The notes under the pieces are model-generated. The model saw nothing but the letters and a program-made list of their open reading frames with translations, made no database searches and was not told the DNA's origin. From Callorhinchus milii (lineage: Eukaryota), in the NCBI RefSeq assembly GCF_018977255.1, contig NW_024704743.1, positions 81,160,001 to 81,224,000 of the forward strand: DNA of 64,000 bases, read 5' to 3'. Position numbers and translations under genes: made by a program. Shown here piece by piece: positions 38,130 to 51,330 of the stretch. Positions within the stretch are counted from its first letter, which is position 1; every line of letters begins with the position of its first letter.

Positions 38130-39324
38130 GTAAGATTGTTTTATATGAATCACCCATTGATTTTTTTTTAACAAAAGATCCCTGTTGGTTATACTTGATG
38201 ATGAGGGTGATGTTATTCCCAGCCACGCTCTAAACAGTAATTTTCAGGATTGGCTGAGAGAAGCTGACTTGAAGCAGGTAGTGTTTTATTCTATTTACTA
38301 ACTCTCTCTCTCCCTTTACATTTTGTACAGTATTTGGTTTTCCAAGTAGCTTTGATGTAGATGTATTATCAAATCTGTATGGTTGGCAAAACTACTTTGA
38401 TGTACTGTTTTTTATTTTCTTCTCAAATATAACCTGTATTTAAGTCTAATCAGGTTTAGACTATGTGCAGCAATTTGCCCCAGTATTATACTGTGTAAAT
38501 CCAATGTGTTTTATTTCAGAGGGTGCAATGTGCATTTCTGTTACAAGATTTTTTTTGTTTAGTTGAAATAAATGTAAGATATATAAAACATAAATATATG
38601 ATCGCAAGCAATGAATCTCATAGGGAGTTTAAGAGGAACTTTACGCAGAGCAAGTTTGGAATATGGAACTCACTGCCAGAAGCTGTGCTAGAGGCAATAA
38701 GCATCAATATATTGAAGAGAAACGTGATGCATTCACTAGAGACCAAGGAATAGAGGGATATAGGAAAGGAGAATTGTGGGTGTGGAAGCTCATATGATTA
38801 TAAATACCAGCATGGATGAGTTGGGCCAAATGGCCTGGTTCCGTACCATACCATTCTATGTAAATGTAAGCAAGTATCAAAACCTGAGTGCGCCTCCTTC
38901 AGCCCATATCTTTATTAAAGATTTCCTTTGAAATTCTAGCCACCTATTTCAACAATGTTGATTTCCTCGAGATCAGGTGGATTTTATTTGTGCATATCAC
39001 TTTTATTAGAATATCTGCTTTTTATTATTATGCACAACTTGCATTCCCGCTTGGCACTCTTCCCTAGAAGCAGAGAAGATCTACAGTTGATGGGAGTGGT
39101 AATTCCTGATAATGGTGTTGAGGATGATGGGTTTTGGAAGTACATTTAGTAGATGGCTTTTATTATTGTGTTCACATCCTGGATAAGCAGTGTTGTTCAA
39201 ACGTGTGAACTTCCACCTCATTTTAACTGCCGGAAGCTACTTGGCATGGTTGCTGTAAAGCTCTCACAGTGTTTGCAATGCCTTTCGAGGGATTCAAGTT
39301 ATAGGTCAGGAAAGCAAAATACCC

Positions 39325-41060
39325 TTACATAAGAAATCCTAGATGAAAAAAAAAAACCAAGGTCCATCTAGTTCACCTTCCACCTTCCTGGTGGTCACAT
39401 GCACCTATGTCCCAAACTACCCATGTACTATATCCCATTATGTTCTCATATCCTCATATACCGCCTCTCCGCTTTACTCAAACTTTACGGACCTGCCCTG
39501 GTTCAATTTCTCTCTCTCTCACCGTCTCCATTTTGTTGCCTCTAATGGTTTCTCCTCCAGCCCCCGCATTGTCACATCTGGCGTCCCCCAGGGCTCTGTC
39601 CTTGGCCCTCACCACTTTTATATCTACATGCTCCCCCTTGGTGATATCATCCACAGACATGGGGTCAACTTCCACATATATGCGGATGACACCTAACTCT
39701 TATCTTTCTGCCTCCACCTTCAACTCCAGGACCACTGCTGTCCTGACAGACTGCCTGTCGGACATCAAGTCCTGGATGAGGGCAAATTTCCTACAGTTGA
39801 ATGTGAACAAGACTTAGTCCCTTCTGATTGGCTCGCACAGCACCTCCGGCTCTGGCAGCATCAACCTCCATGGTTGCACACGACAATTCACAAAGCCAGT
39901 CAGGAATCGAGGTGTCTTGTTTGACCCTCAACTGTCTTCTTCCCCACATCCAAGCCATGACCCGCTCTGCCTTCCCTCACCTCCGTAGCATCACCCGACT
40001 CCACCACTACCTCACCCCTCAGGCCACTGAAACTCTTGTTCATGCCTTCATCATCTCCAGGCTCGACTATGCAAATGCCCTGCTTGTCAGCCTTCCCAAT
40101 TCCTCCCTCCACAGGCTGCAGATAATCCAGAACTCTGCAGCCCATGGCCTCTCCCGCAGCAAACTCCATGACCCCATATCTGCCACTCTCGCCCAACTCC
40201 ATTGGCTCCCTATCCTTCAGAGGACCCAGTTCAAAATCCTGGTCCTCACCTACAAAGCCCTCCATGGCCTCCCCCCACCCTATCTCTGTGACCTCCTAAC
40301 CCACTACCAACCTGCCCGTTCCCTCCGCTCAGCCGGCTCCGGCCTGCTCCACGTCCCCCAACCCACCCGCCCCACCATTGGTGGGAGAGCCTTTAGCCAC
40401 TCTGCCCCCAACCTCTGGAATTCCATCCCCCAATCACTCCGCCTCACCCCCTCCTTAGCCTCTTTCAAGTCCCGCCTCAAGACCCTCCTCTTTGACCATG
40501 CCATCGGTCACCCCCACCCCCCCCCTGAAATGCTGTACACTGTCCAGCGCCTTGGGACGTCCTCCCGACATGAAAGGCGCTATACAAATGTAATCTTGTT
40601 GTTGTTATTTCCTGAAAGAAAACTATCTAATTTGTTTTTGAAAGAATCAACATTTCCTGCTTCAACCATCTCCCGAGGGAGCCTGTTCCACAGGTTTACT
40701 ATTCGCTCACTGAAATAGTGTTTGCATTGATTCGTTCTGAATTTACCACCTTCGATCGCAGGCCGTGACCTATGGTTTTACTCTTCTGGACAAGTTGAAA
40801 CAGCCAGTCATGATCTATATTGTCTTGCCCCTTTAGAATCTTGAAGACAGCAATCATGTCGCCTCTCAATTTTCTCTTTTCCAGCCTGAACATGCCCAAG
40901 TTACTTAGTCGCTCCTCATAGTTCAGTCCCCCCATTCCCTCAATCATTCTGGTTGCCCCCCTCTGTATCCTCTCAATTTCTCCCATATCCATTTTTTACT
41001 GCACGCAGTACTCTAAGTATGGTCTCACCAATGATTTATACATTGGCAGGATTACATGTC
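39325..41060 (-). mobile_element. CR1-clade 3' fragment interrupted by the L2 above
   Basis: ORF 40699-40992 (-) ERIQRGATRMIEGMGGLNYEERL..LEKRKLRGDMIAVFKI is the typical CR1 ORF2 C-terminus; a tail-like end lies at ~39325. Confidence 0.75.
39497..40608 (+). mobile_element. Degenerate L2 RT/3' fragment nested in a CR1
   Basis: [15 protein letters not shown] and ETLVHAFIISRLDY; (TTG)n tail. Confidence 0.92.
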
Positions 41061-43907
41061 AATCTAATGCATGTCTAAACATTGCATCAGGTTTAGACCG
41101 TGTGCAGCAATTTGTTCTCCTCTAACGGTATAATGTCAATTACACCATATCCAAGACCACAATTTTCAATCTTCCTTTCTTTCTTTCCCCCTCTTCCATC
41201 TCTAGCACTTGGGGACTTGCATCACCTTTTATTGAGTCATCTTTCCCCCGATTTACTGTCTTTCCATGTTGAGAGTTGGTGCTCCCAAAATGAATATTCT
41301 TCTCTAGCTTTTTTGATCCAAATGCTTCAGTTAATATTTTCCAAATATAGTTTTGTGGAATTAGACTGTAAGATGTTGTATTCTATTTGGAGTGGATGAG
41401 ATCCATATATTCTATTCAGGCAATTGCAAAACCCAACGGAACAAGAAGGAGTCTTGTTCCCAAACTCTTAGTTCTATTTCAGAGATGCTCAATTGTGATC
41501 CATCTTGGACTGGATTTGCATTACAGACACACATGAGGTTTGGGGTGGAGTGGGCTGCCTCATCCTTCAGGAATGGGCGGAAGCAGATTTCTGAAGCACC
41601 ATCAGAAAGATGTTTCATGTCTCTCACTTATCTAAAGCTGGAACACTGCATTTCAATTCTTCCTTCCCACAAAAGTTCTCCCTCGAAGCTGTAACCTGGG
41701 TCCAGCTGTCGATTTTGTAAAGAAATACTTTGTGATGGCGCTCCTAAACTTGCGTTTCATAATCCCAAAACCTGTGATTTATTTTCCTGCTGCATGGCAC
41801 ATGTGAATGTATTGTTTAACTGTGTTTATCATCATCACCTTCATAAATGGTTGTATCTTGTTGTGGTTTGCAATGCATCCCCTGCTCCCCCCTATATACA
41901 TGCTCTATATTTTGCAATAAAGCCAATAATTTGTATGCCGAGTTTAAATTTCTTTCAAAGACTACAGTCAGGATAGGTCAATAACATTTTTCTGCAGTGA
42001 TTCGAGGCAGCCTATTTTTCTGGGATTACTCAGATTTCATCTTTCAAAATATCCGGTCAGGAATGAGTGTTGCAGAAAATGAGACTACAAAGAATGTTTA
42101 CTTGAATAAGGAAGAATCCTTCATCTTATCTGGAATACTCAAAATTTAAAAACATGAAATGATGGAAATACACGACAAGTCAATTAACAAATGGGGGGGA
42201 AAAATAAATTCTTACTTTTAGTTTCTAGGTAACAGCATTTTGTTCCATCTCAGATTGCGTGGTGCATTTCCTTTGTCTTTTGGTGGATGATGATGATAAT
42301 AATAATAACAATAATAATCCTTGCATTTGATATAGCACCTTATCACATCTTTGCGATGTCTCAAAGAGCTTCACAGAATATACTGTAAAGTGAATTGACT
42401 GTATATTTTGTGGACGAAACACGGCAGCCAATTGCACACAGCAGTGTCTCACAAACAGTTGTGAATTGAGTCCTGTACCTTAGTGGCTTAGTTAACATTT
42501 TATATACAAGGTGACCAAAAAGGCGTGATACCATTACAATGTCCAATAAGTCTCAAAGAAATTATAATTTTTTTCATAAAATCATAGAAGTGTCCATTCA
42601 TGACGTGAAATAAGCAACTGTGGTTCGGCTTTGTAGTCCAACCTGATTTTTTGCCTTACCGTGATATCCACATGTATCCACTTTAAGCTTTTAAAGTGAT
42701 CTAGCGTGGGAGGCCTGGATGCTCTGGCCCCCCATGTACATTGAGGCCATTTCTAAAACCTTGTTAATACTCTGGGGGCAACGGCTACCTCAGACCAGGG
42801 ATTGATTTGTGATCTACAAAGACTGCACTTTTCACTCGGTGCAAGTGGCTGTATTAACGTGGCCAGCAGGGGAATTCTTTACCTTGTTAGAGCATCCAAT
42901 TGTAAATCTCAGCACATATTTAAACTGGGAGTTTTAAATGGTCTCATTTAATTTATTAAAGTACTACATTAGAACACAGTATTACATTAGTTAACATTCA
43001 ATAAAATATGCTTAAGAAAATGCGGGTAGTTTTTGTGCTAACCCTGTCGTAATACTGCGTCACAGCATCGCGGGTGGGGGAAGAAGACTGACGGCTGCTG
43101 CTGACGAATCCTAATAAAACCTCCAATGTAAAAATGAGACCATAAATCAAATAAATAGTTAATGCAAGGAATGAGTTTCATGTTGCAGTTTGATCATAAA
43201 CTTCAACAAATTTCATTAGATTACTGTCCTGGGATTCCTCTGAGATTTTTTTAAAGAAAATGCTAATGTGAAGATTAACTTAGGAAAACCATTGATCTGT
43301 AGTTATTATTACACAGTGAGATAGTGACAGACTCTCTAGGTGGAACTGGAATGCTTCACGAAGGAGCTTTTAGTGTGTAAAGATCTATCAGTGTGTGCGG
43401 TAGTGGGAGAAGAGGGGAGGTGAGAAAGACGGAAATGAGAGATACAGAACAATATAGGAGACTTGGCAGAACTAGTTATGTGTAGCTCTCACTCTGCATG
43501 TTTGTCAGCTGACTTGAGTGACGTTGACAGCAGCAGTGGAAAAGTTTGTACGGTAGCCAGTCCTAGCACTCCTGGTGAGGTGTACAGATAGACCACTTCT
43601 TCGGATTTAGGTTACTGTTTGATTACTGCTCAGTTCAATAAATTGGCACAGGTAGGAATCCATCTCTTCAAGTGTGTAGTGCTTGTATGCTTGGTACATA
43701 AGGAATAAAATTGTGTGATTTAAGTATACAGAAGCCCTCGAAAGAGGCTTTATCGTTTCCTGTATTGGGTGCACTTGTATGCAAAGTGGCAAGAACTGAT
43801 GACTTTTAAATATGTGCAGCTGTGATGTGTTCATCTACATTGGGGTCATTAATGCAAAAGTCGCTAAGAGTGAACTCTGCAGTTACCTAGAAAATAATAA
43901 TAACAAT

Positions 43908-44272
43908 AGTCCTGTAGCTCAGTGTTCAGAGCACTCACCTCGCAAGTGAGAGACCTGGGTTCGATTCCCAGCAGGGCGAAACGTTGGGCAAGTTTCTTTA
44001 CTCCACACATCTCTGTTTACCAAGCAGTAAGTAGGAACCCGGTTGTTAGTCAATTGGTGGATCGCTTTTCCGGGGGTAATAATTGTTTAAAAATATAACA
44101 ACAATAAGTTGGTCATTTCAATCCTGCTTGTGAGAAACTGCTGTGCACAATTGGCTGCCGAGTTTCACCCACAAAATATACAGTCAATTCACTTTACAGT
44201 GTAGTGTAGTGCTTTGAGATGTCTCGAAGACGTGATGAGGTGCTATATCAAATGCAAGGATTGTTATTATTA
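43908..44272 (+). mobile_element. tRNA-headed DeuSINE, long form
   Basis: Same head and tail plus an extra central segment. Confidence 0.9.
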
Positions 44273-44593
44273 ACAACAATACTACGTTTGATATAGCCAT
44301 TTTACGTCACATAATATACTACAAAGTGGAATGACCAAGTATGCCGTGGGCAAAGGTGTCTCACACTGAGCTTTGGAGCTCCAATTTGTACTCGAATTTG
44401 ACTTGCGTGAAAGTTATATAATTTCTTAACATATATATATATATGTGTCCAGTTTATTTGCTACCATTGCAGTTAAAATATTTTTTTTTAAAAATGGGTC
44501 AACTCACTGTGGCGGTCTCAATAGTCTGGTTCCTGAGCCAGAAGAGTCTGCAATACTCCAAGGCATTTAAGAAATATGCATATTTTGGTCAGC

Positions 44594-44911
44594 TGGGTCC
44601 TGTAGCTCAGTGGTTAGAGCACTTGCTTTTAAGCGAGAGACCTGAGTTCAATTCCAGGCAGGGCGAAACCTTGGGCAAGTTTCCTTACTCCACACGCCTA
44701 ATAATAATCCCTCCAAAAAAACCAAAAACAATAAGAAATTGGTCATTTTCAATCTACGACTGTTTGTGGGACATTGCTGTGCGCAATTGGCTGCCGCGTT
44801 CGCCCACAAATATACAGTCAATTCACTTTACAGTGTGTTCTGTGAAGCGCTTTGGGACGTCCTCCCGACGTGAAAAGCGCTATATCAAATGCAAGGATTA
44901 TTATTATTATT
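44594..44911 (+). mobile_element. tRNA-headed DeuSINE, short form
   Basis: Near-identical to the reverse complement of 4542-4860. Confidence 0.9.
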
Positions 44912-47275
44912 GGGTGTCTGACACACATGGATACCCCTCGCCATGCTAATAACCGGGTTCCCACTTATGTTACATAAACCGAGGTGTGTGTGTGTGGAGT
45001 AAGGAAACTTGCATAAGGTTTTGCCCCACTTGGGAATCGAACCTAGGTCCTCTCGCTTGCAAGGAGAGCGCTCTAATCACATTTAACCAGCTAAAACTTC
45101 ATTGGGAATATGGTATGGCAATCTTCCTGCTGCTTATCCAGGTAGGATCATCCTACTGTTAGGACTTTGAATCGCAGGGTTAATGGAAATCAAGCGGGAA
45201 GAATCCCTGTGATTGATCTGCCTCCCGAGTCCTACTGATGAGTCAAGGTGGCTGATTTGTCATTAGTAATGCTTTGAAATATTACAGGCTCATCTGGATC
45301 AGGAACCAGTCTACTGAGTGATTATTGACTTGATTCTGATATTCTGCAGGCAAGCATGTCACCTTTTAGCCATCTCAGTCCCAAGAAGACTGTGTAACCC
45401 ACTCCCCTTTCAGAAAGTTAGTGTGAATTTTAAAAGTTAATTTAGTCCTGGAAACGTAAAGGACAGCAGTGTGGAGTTGTCTGTTTCTAACACCTGAAGC
45501 ATGAAAAAAAGATCACACAACTAAGTGTCGTTCGATGGAACATGACACTTCAGCTTTGGCTATTTGAAACCTCCTATATATGCTGTTCGTCCTGAGCCCC
45601 AGGAAGCAGAGACTGGAGCTGAGCCTGGCTAAAACAGGTGGACATTTCCAGTTCCAAATCCTGGAATGACCTTTTACAAGGTTTATTTCCAGGTCAAACA
45701 ACCGAATGAGAGATCGTAGTGCTTCTCTGTTACATGTACAAAACAGCTGCCTTGTTGGCAGCCTCACTCCTGGTTGAGTAATGTAAATTTGACAAGTGTT
45801 TGTGCATTGACTCTTTGCGATCCAGCCCCCGGGAACTTTGTCCCTGAGGCAATGTTGTAACAGAGCATTATAATCCCTTGTATTTTAGAAGAATAATCTG
45901 GGCAACAACGTACTCTGTATTAGCCATAATTACTCTAAGAGCTTTAGAATCAGAATCCTATTCCGTCACGTCTTGTGTGCTTTGGATCATTCCTGTGAAA
46001 CATTGTTTCTGTCTCACAAAGTAGTCACCAACTTTTCTGTACAGAAAGCTATCATTATTGTTACTGGCTTTTGTGATTATGGGAAATTTGTGATGTGTGA
46101 CGTGATGATTATTACTGGTGACTTTTCACACCAATGTGATTACACTTGAAAGAGCTCTCTACTCCCTCTCCACTCTTCCTCCTAGCGCCTTTAAATACAT
46201 CAAATTGTTTTGCTTTTTGCAGTATATTATTTTGATAACTTCTTTGTTCTCAAGCATGGGATTGCAGGTTAATTCTCAGTGTTTATAGCTCAGTGCTAAC
46301 TACAATATAAACGTGCGCAATTGGCTGCTGTGTTTCGCCCACCAAATATACAGTCAATTAATTTTACAGTATATTGTGTAAAGTGCTTTGAGATATCTAG
46401 AAGACACAATAAGGCCCTATATCGAATGCAAGGATTATTACTATTTATTTATAAAAGTTGGAACAAGAAAAAGCCTTTTACCCCATTGAATTGAGCAAAC
46501 TGCTTCAGGAGGCCATGTGCAACCTGCACTATTGGATACCTTACTCCACTCAGTTAATTTAAGAGAAATCGTGTGCAAAAATTCTCCCTGATTTATAAAG
46601 GTAATGATCAAGACATACTTGAGGAAAAATTTTGAAGAATATGGGGAGAAGCTACCATCAGCGCAGATAGTGTTGTGCAGCTTCCACCTGTGCTCCAAAC
46701 TTTCTAAGATTCAATGAATATTCCAAGATCCTTTTCAATTTCGGTTTTGAACCCTGGCCTTGGCTTTTCCCACAGTTGCCCTGCCATTGACCCAGAAGCA
46801 CACAAACCCTTGTGGTCCCTTGTGACGATTTGATCATCATTACAATTCCGAGCAAACACTGAGCCATGTTCAGTAAACAGGGCCTAGAATGTCAGAGTAT
46901 TGAAATTAATCTGGGTCGAGCATCGGTCAAACCTCTGGACATGACATTGCTAGGATGCTTTCTCTGACTGAGACCAACATGCTTGTCTTAGATTAAAAGA
47001 GGGTGCATTTCTTATATTCTGGTGCCAATAACCATGGATAGAAAAAAATATACGTTTTAAGTAAATTTAATATTGTGCTTTTTAAACAAAGTTAACAATT
47101 AATGCTGAATTCCCTTTTTAAACACTTAAATGTTTAAAAGTGTTCCTCGATCGATAGCCTTCTGGAGCAGTGTATTCCAAATGCTCGCAGCTCTTTGTAT
47201 AAAGAAATGTTTTCTGGAATGACTCTTAACCTGCGTCACTTGAATGCTACATATCTCTTTCTGTTCTTTACTTAG

Positions 47276-47413
47276 TGAGCCCCACTAAGGAAATCAAGAT
47301 AGTTTCTGCTGTGCGGCGTAGTAGCATGAGCAGCAGTTGCGGCAGCAGTGGTTACTACAGCAGTAGCCCCACCCTCAGCAGCAGCCCCCCTGTGATGTGC
47401 AACCCCAAGTCTG
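47276..47413 (+). CDS. DEPTOR: DEPTOR exon 6, Ser-rich linker with phosphodegron (VSPTKEIKIVSAVRRSSMSSSCGSSGYYSSSPTLSSSPPVMCNPKS)
   Basis: ttacttag| acceptor, G|GTAAGA donor, 138 nt. Confidence 0.97.
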
Positions 47414-48899
47414 GTAAGAACATGCTTGTAATCCAGCTAGCCCACATTCTCGGTGGCCCATAGTGGGAGTTGTTGATAATTGTCAAAACTAAGACGTTTT
47501 GCATCCGGGAGTGTCGCCCAAGAACTGGATTGGGTTTGTCCGTAATGCTCTGCCGTTGGAATAGGCTGTAAGATTCTGTTTGGAAGGCTGGTGGTGGTGC
47601 CTGTTATACAGAACATAATAGGAATTGTCACCTTTTTGTGTGGGAGGATTGAGGCGGTTCTAGTTGGGCAGCTGCTGTGTACTGCAGTTATAAGTGATCC
47701 TCAGTGAATATTAGTGAGGCTGGAGGAAATCTATGTCGCATGCTGACAACTTTGAATTAGCTTTAATGTTCATGAGAATAACCCAAATCCTTAAACATCA
47801 GAGTGGAGCTTGTTGTGGTGTTAATGAACCTATAACCAGGAACAAATTGTACAAATGAGTTGCTATAATGTATACTAGTGTGCACTGCAAATTGCACTTC
47901 GGAAATCAATGTAAATTCCAGCTGGCCACATAGTTTCTGGAGGCCCCAGGTGTTCAATGGATAAGCAGAAATTCCCAGAAATGTTTTCCATTGCAGTCCC
48001 TGTTGTGCCAAGATCATGTCCTTTAGGCTTGAGATTGAGTTATAGTTCTTAGAATTATAATAAGTATATTAAAAAAAACGTTTTTCTATGGCTGTAACTT
48101 AATTTAGAGCCTATCACATTATATGCCTATGTAATTATAATGAAGCCACTAAATGGTTGGCTGACGTCCAAATCCTGCCCTTTGATGTGGATCATGAAAA
48201 CCCTGCTTTCCGAACGTGTCTTTTGAAATACTTGCAGATCCAGCTAGCAATTTAATTAGAGTTCCTACGCTCACATGCTCTGCCCCTGGTAGTTGGGTGA
48301 GGCACAATGCTGAGTGGATGGGCTATCAGTGCAAGTTGGTTGGATAGAGTTTCCCTCTCAACTATGTACTGTTTAGGATGTGGATCAGGCTGAGCCAGGA
48401 AGACAGTGCCTTCATAATAATAACGTGCCTTTCACATCGGGAGGATATCTTAAAGTACTTCACAGGATTTACTGTGAAGTGTAGTGACTGAATTTATAGA
48501 TGAACGGAGCAACAAATTTGTTCAACAATGTCCAACAAACCGAAATGAGGTGACTGAACAATTTTATCTGGGGACTTGTTGACCAGGACATTTTTGAATT
48601 ATGCCATAGAATCTTTTAATACCCATCTGACAGGCAGACAGGACACCACATCCAAAGAATGACACCTCTGACAATGCAATGCTCCTTCAGCACTGCACCA
48701 AATTGATTAGAGAGCCCCCTTCCTATGTTCACTCTGCCCAGTTTCTTGAAACCAACCTGACCACTGCCAATGTGTCCATTTTCTCCCCGGCACCAGTTGA
48801 GTCTAACTTCCTTGCTCACTTTAGTCATTTCTTCTTTTCACTGGCTTGAAACTATCCATTCACTCCCTTGACCTCCCAATGACTGTCCTCCTCCAGGAC

Positions 48900-50578
48900 T
48901 GTCTTCACTCTAGAAGACATGGAAAACTTACCAAAAATAAGAGGGGAACCAAGAAGCTAATGTTAGTGAGCAGCTTAGGGAAATTAACATCAGTAAAGAA
49001 TTAGCACTAGGAAAACTGTTGGGATTGAAAAATGACAAATTCCCTGGACCTGATGGCTTGCATCCTTGGGTTTTAAAAGAGTTGGCTGCTGAGATAGTGG
49101 TTGCCTTGTTTTTGATCTTCCAAAATTCTCTGGATTCTGGAACGGTTCCCATCAATTAGAAGATCGCAAACGTAACACCACTATTTAAGAAGAGTGGGGG
49201 AGAGAAGATGGGAAACTATAGACCAGTTACTCTGACATCAGGGTAGGGAAAATCCTAGAATCCTTAATTAGGGATAACGTAGTGGGGTACATAGAAGACC
49301 ATAACATGATTAGGCAGAGTCAACATGGCTTTACAAAAGGGAAGTCATGCTTAACAAATCTTTTAGAGTTTTTTGAGGATGTAACTAGCAGGTTAGATAG
49401 GGGGAACCCGTAGATGTAGTATATTTAGATTTCCAGAAGGCATTCGACAAGGTGCCACATAAAAGGCTGCTACACACGATTAGGGTACATGGAATTAAAG
49501 GCAATATATTAGCATGGATCGAAGAGTGGCTAATGGGAAGAAAACAGAGAGTAGGGATAAACGGATCCTTCTCAGATTGGCAGGATGTGACTAGTGGAGT
49601 GCCACAAGAATCAGTGCTTGGGCCTCAACTATTTACAATCTATATCAATGATCTAGATGAGGACATAGAACTTAAAATAGCTAAATTTGCGGATGATACT
49701 AAGCTCGGTGGGAGAGTAAGCTCTGAGGATGACACAAAAAGATTGCAAAAGGATATAGATAGGCTAGGTGAGTGGGCAAGAAGGTGGCAGATGGAATATA
49801 ATGTGAGGAAGTGTGAAGTCATTCACCTAGGTAGTAAAAACAGAAAAGCAGATTATTTTCTAGAGGGGGAGAGACTAGATAGTGTTAGTGTTCAGAGGGA
49901 TTTGCGTGTCCTTGTACACCAGTCACAAAAAGTTAGTATGCAGGTACAGTAAGCAATTAGGAAGGCTAATGGCATGTTGGCGTTTATTGCAAAAAGGTTA
50001 GAATACAAGAGTAGGGAAGTCTTGCTGCAGTTGCATAAGGCCTTGGTGAGACCGCACCTAGAATATTGTGTGCAGTTTTTGGTCTCCTTATTTAAGAAAG
50101 GACATTCTCGCCTTACAGGGTAGATTCACTAGGTTTGTTCCTGGGATGAGGGGCTTGACCTATGAGGATAGGTCTATAGAAGAATTAGGGGTGATCTTAC
50201 AGAAACATAAGATTCTTATAGAGCTTGACAGAGTAGACAGTGTGAGACTATTTCCTCTGGTAGGAGAATCTGGAACTAGGGGTCACAGTCTTAAGATTAA
50301 GGGACAAACCTTTTGAACAGAGTTGAGGAAACACTTCTTCACTCAGAGGATAGTGAATTTATGGAATTCTCTACCCCAGAAGGCTGTAGATGCTCAGTCC
50401 TTGAACATATTCAAGACTAAGATTGATAGGTTTCTAAAGGATAGAGAGATTAAGGGATATGGGGATAAGACGGGCAGATGGAGTTAAGTTAGAAGATCAG
50501 CCATGATCTTATTGAATGGCGGGGCAGGCTCAAGGGGCCGAATGCCCTACTCCTGTTCCTAATTCCTATGTTCCTATG
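48900..50578 (+). mobile_element. CR1-clade LINE, 5'-truncated, with stops and frameshifts
   Basis: LDFQKAFDKVPHKRLL, SGVPQESVLGP and KFADDTKL; ends in a TTCCTATG repeat. Confidence 0.93.
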
Positions 50579-50659
50579 ACTTTCTTGGTCTGTTCTCTCA
50601 GGCTTACATTTCTTATCCCCCTTCCTTCTTGATGTTGTAGCTCTCCCCTATCCAATTAT

Positions 50660-51330
50660 TCAACAGCAGCAACAACAATTTTACATTTATTTAGCTCCTT
50701 TTACATCAGGAGGATGTCTCAAAGCTCTTGGCAGAATTGGCAAGGAATCTAAACTGGGTTGGGAGGAGTTGGGGAGAGTGGGGGGGTAGAGAGATGACAA
50801 CTAACTGCAATAAACAGAGAAGCCTTTAGATAGACTTTAGAGATGGGGAGACGGCAGGTTGGAGCTCCAGAGAGTGAGGGGATAATGTCTGAATGTGCGC
50901 CCAGCGATGGTGGTACGGATGGGATGGGGAAATATAAAGCAGGCCAGTGTTTGCTGAGTGGAGAGAGCTTTGGCTATAGAGTTGCAGGAGGTTGCCGAGA
51001 TAGGGTGGGGTGAGGCCGAGGAGTGATTTAAAATTGAGGACAATCATTTTGAATTTGATTTACTGGGGGATAGGGAGCCAGTGGAGCTCAGCAATGAAGG
51101 GGATGATAGGCTGGTGGAGCTTGCGAGTTCTGGATGGTCTGCACCAGGTGTAGTGAGAATCTGAGGAGTCCGTCATTTTAAATCACATTTGAATAGTCTA
51201 ACCTAGAAAGGTGTGAATTAGCATCTTGTGTCTTGAGGGAAGGGTAGTGCTGGTGGAGAGAGAAAATCAAGTGAGTGGATCGCACGTGTAGGGCTTGAAA
51301 AGGACAGTTGATGGTCAAACAGAATACTGA
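50660..51330 (-). mobile_element. Old L2 fragment
   Basis: Degenerate similarity to the L2 ORF2 C-terminus and tail. Confidence 0.65.

Noticed and set aside
41081..41090. ATF4/CARE-like ATTGCATCA motif
   Set aside because: A single 9-mer at a CR1 edge; expected by chance in 64 kb.
44594..44665. tRNA-Ala-like genes (also 43908, 54941, 24127, 4790-4860)
   Set aside because: They run directly into SINE bodies and lack a proper acceptor stem/terminator; they are SINE heads.
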